Shown here in pieces: positions 61,821-64,000 of a stretch of DNA of 64,000 nucleotides (position 1 is its first letter; each line of letters starts with the position of its first letter). Both the position numbers and the translations under genes were made by a program. The stretch lies in the NCBI GenBank assembly GCA_965206595.1, contig OZ242214.1, positions 2,528,001 through 2,592,000 on the forward strand, in the 5' to 3' direction. This DNA comes from Candidatus Latescibacterota bacterium. GTDB lineage: Bacteria > Latescibacterota > UBA2968 > UBA8231. The notes beneath the pieces are model-generated. The model was not told the DNA's origin and searched no databases. It was given only the letters and a program-made list of their open reading frames with translations.

Positions 61821-62395
61821 GCCGCTTCTTCGGCCGGTTCCATCTCCATGAAGTAGTAGCAGATCACGTGCATGAGCACGGTGTGGAGATCCTCGACGCG
61901 GCCCATGTGGTGGCTGTCGACGACGACGGCGAGATCGGCCGCTTCGGCCAGCCTTCCTCCCCCGAACCCGGTCCAGCCGATCGTCCGCATCCCCAGCTCC
62001 CGGGCGGCGGCCACGGCGTTTAGTACGTTGGCGCTGTTACCGGAGCCGGAAATCGCGATCAGCAGGTCGTCCGCTTCCCCGAGGTTGCGCAGCTGCTCGG
62101 CGAAGATCGAGTCGTAGTCGACGTCGTTGGCCAGCGCCGTCATCCAGGGGACGTTGTCGGTCAGGGCGGTGACCCGGAAGCGCTGCTGGCGCGGCCGGCC
62201 GAGGCTGGCCCCCTTGCCGAGGTCGTTGGCCATGTGACTCGCCGTGGCGGCGCTGCCGCCGTTGCCGCACAGGAAGATGCGGCTGCCCCGGTCGCGGGCT
62301 GCGGCGATCTCCAGGCGGCAGCTTTCAACGGCCTCGAGGTTCAGGCCCGCAAGCGCCCCCTGCAGCTCGCCGAGATAGTTGCGCAGATGGTCCAT
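61817..62395 (-). CDS. gmhA: SIS-domain phosphoheptose isomerase
   Basis: CGNGGSAA, ALAND, ISGSGNS, VEDLH. Confidence 0.8.
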   Translation of the reverse strand: MDHLRNYLGELQGALAGLNLEAVESCRLEIAAARDRGSRIFLCGNGGSAATASHMANDLGKGASLGRPRQQRFRVTALTDNVPWMTALANDVDYDSIFAEQLRNLGEADDLLIAISGSGNSANVLNAVAAARELGMRTIGWTGFGGGRLAEAADLAVVVDSHHMGRVEDLHTVLMHVICYYFMEMEPAEEAA

Positions 62396-62412
62396 GGTCC
62401 CCCCTCATCCCC

Positions 62413-63816
62413 CTATATATTGAGCGCCTCTCCGAAGGCTTCCGCGGCCGCTTCCATCACAGCCTCGGAAAGGGTCGGGTGGGCGTGAACCGCGGTGGCG
62501 AACTCCTCCCAGGTCGCTTCGATCTTCTTCCCGAGGGTCACCTCGGCGATCAGCTCGGTCGCCTCGGCGCCGATGATGGAGGCCCCTGCGAGGTCACCGT
62601 ACTGTTCGTCGAACACCAGCTTCACCAGGCCCACGGTCTCTCCGGCGGCGCGGGCTTTGCCGCTGGCGGCGAAGGGAAAGCGGCCGACCTTGACCTCGAG
62701 CCCCCGGACCCTGGCCTCCGCCTCGGTCAGCCCGACGCTGGCGACCTGGGGCTGGCAGTAGGTGCAGCTCGGTACGCTCTCCGGGTCGATCTCCGGGCGC
62801 TGCCTGCCGGCGATGAACTCGACCGCGGCGACCGCTTCTGCCGAGGCGGCGTGGGCGAGCTGCGGCGCGCCGACGACGTCGCCGATGGCGTAGATCCCCT
62901 TGACGCTGGTCTCCATGCGGCCGTTGACGGCGATCTGGCCGCGACTGGTCCTGACGCCGTTCGCCTGAAGTCCCAGGCCCTCGACGTTGCCCGTCACCCC
63001 GACCGCCATCAGCACCAGGTCGGCGTCGACTTCCCCCTCCTCGCCCCCGTCCCGGAAGGAGACGCGCATCCCCTTCCCGCTCTCGGCCACCCCGGTCACC
63101 GACACCCCGGTGCGCAGGTCGATCCCCTCCGCGGACAGGCTTTTCGCCAGGATTCCGGCGACCTCCTCGTCCTCGCGCGGCAGCACCTGGCCCTCCGCCT
63201 CCAGCAGGTGGACCTGGGAGCCGAAGGCGTTGAAGAACCAGGCGAACTCCGTGCCGATCGCCCCGGCCCCGATGATGGCGATACGGTCCGGACGCTTCTC
63301 GAGCACCATGGCCTCGCGGCTGGAGATCACCCTCTTCCCGTCGATCTCCACCCCGGGAATCGAGCGTGGACTGCCGCCGGTCGCCAGGATGACGCTGGCC
63401 GCCTCCAGGGTTTCGGTCCCGTCCGCGGATTCGACGGCCACCTTTTTTCCGGGGGTCAGCTTGCCGCGGCCGCGGAAAACGGCGACGCGGTTCTTCTTCA
63501 TCAGGAATCTCACGCCCCTCGCCAGGCCCCCGGAGATCTCCCGGCTTCTCGCGATCAGCCGGTCCCAGTCGTAGCCGACCTCCCCTACCGTCAACCCGAA
63601 CTCATCGGCGCGCTGGATCAGCCGGTAGAGCTCGGCCTGCTTCAGCAGCGCCTTGGTCGGAATGCAGCCCCAGTTGAGGCACACCCCCCCGAGTTCAGGC
63701 TCGGCCTCCACGAGGGCGGCCTTCAGCCCGAGCTGCGAGGCCCGTATCGCCGCGGTGTACCCGCCCGGTCCGCCGCCGATGACGGCGACGTCGAATCCCT
63801 TGTCCTTTTCAGCCAT
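62413..63816 (-). CDS. lpdA: Dihydrolipoyl dehydrogenase
   Basis: GGGPGG, GGVCLNWGCIPTK, HAHPTLSE. Confidence 0.96.
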   Translation of the reverse strand: MAEKDKGFDVAVIGGGPGGYTAAIRASQLGLKAALVEAEPELGGVCLNWGCIPTKALLKQAELYRLIQRADEFGLTVGEVGYDWDRLIARSREISGGLARGVRFLMKKNRVAVFRGRGKLTPGKKVAVESADGTETLEAASVILATGGSPRSIPGVEIDGKRVISSREAMVLEKRPDRIAIIGAGAIGTEFAWFFNAFGSQVHLLEAEGQVLPREDEEVAGILAKSLSAEGIDLRTGVSVTGVAESGKGMRVSFRDGGEEGEVDADLVLMAVGVTGNVEGLGLQANGVRTSRGQIAVNGRMETSVKGIYAIGDVVGAPQLAHAASAEAVAAVEFIAGRQRPEIDPESVPSCTYCQPQVASVGLTEAEARVRGLEVKVGRFPFAASGKARAAGETVGLVKLVFDEQYGDLAGASIIGAEATELIAEVTLGKKIEATWEEFATAVHAHPTLSEAVMEAAAEAFGEALNI

Positions 63817-64000
63817 TATCGCCCGCTTCCAACGCTGTTTTTCTGTGTAAACGAGTCGGACAATCTAAGGGCTGGGCAGTCTGCGTGCATTGCGATCTCC
63901 CGTGAGTGTCTTCCTGGAATAGCACCCCATGCGTCCCCGGCATCCCCTGCTGACGGCTGGCCGAATGGGTTTAAAAAAACCGTCCAACCGCAGGGTTGTC

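Overview
GC-rich bacterial DNA with no recognisable rRNA, tRNA or CRISPR array. The backbone is metabolic and housekeeping: asd-apgM-hom, lpdA, gmhA, msrAB, a CCA-adding enzyme/poly(A) polymerase, a stand-alone PurH N-terminal domain, ctaA, and a selenocysteine formate dehydrogenase locus with a SECIS and fdhD. It also carries many paralogous catabolic enzymes (3 enolase-superfamily, 2 PhyH dioxygenases, 2 HpcH aldolases, a sulfatase, GH42-like and TIM-barrel glycosidases). Four accessory islets interrupt it. (1) 6.3-10.0 kb: EcsC, a decayed IS481-like transposase and an ankyrin gene with an in-frame stop. (2) 16.2-20.7 kb: a PIN TA remnant, an unannotated two-gene module, VOC and Fic. (3) 40.3-43.7 kb: an ABC-ATPase/TOPRIM gene and two Phd-PIN pairs with palindromic operators. 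(4) 55.5-60.7 kb: a second divergent copy of the two-gene module and a frameshifted GmrSD-like nuclease. The top candidate for an undescribed system is that twice-occurring module. It pairs a small basic protein (YxGSSxHK...[YF][KH]G[WY]P) with a ~430-aa protein ending in an ImmA/IrrE-like domain whose HExxH zinc motif is replaced by RxxGD, which suggests a toxin plus pseudo-peptidase antitoxin/sensor or an anti-phage pair. The gene repertoire resembles host-associated (e.g. sponge) uncultured symbionts, but that is inference. All calls come from motif reading; no searches were run.
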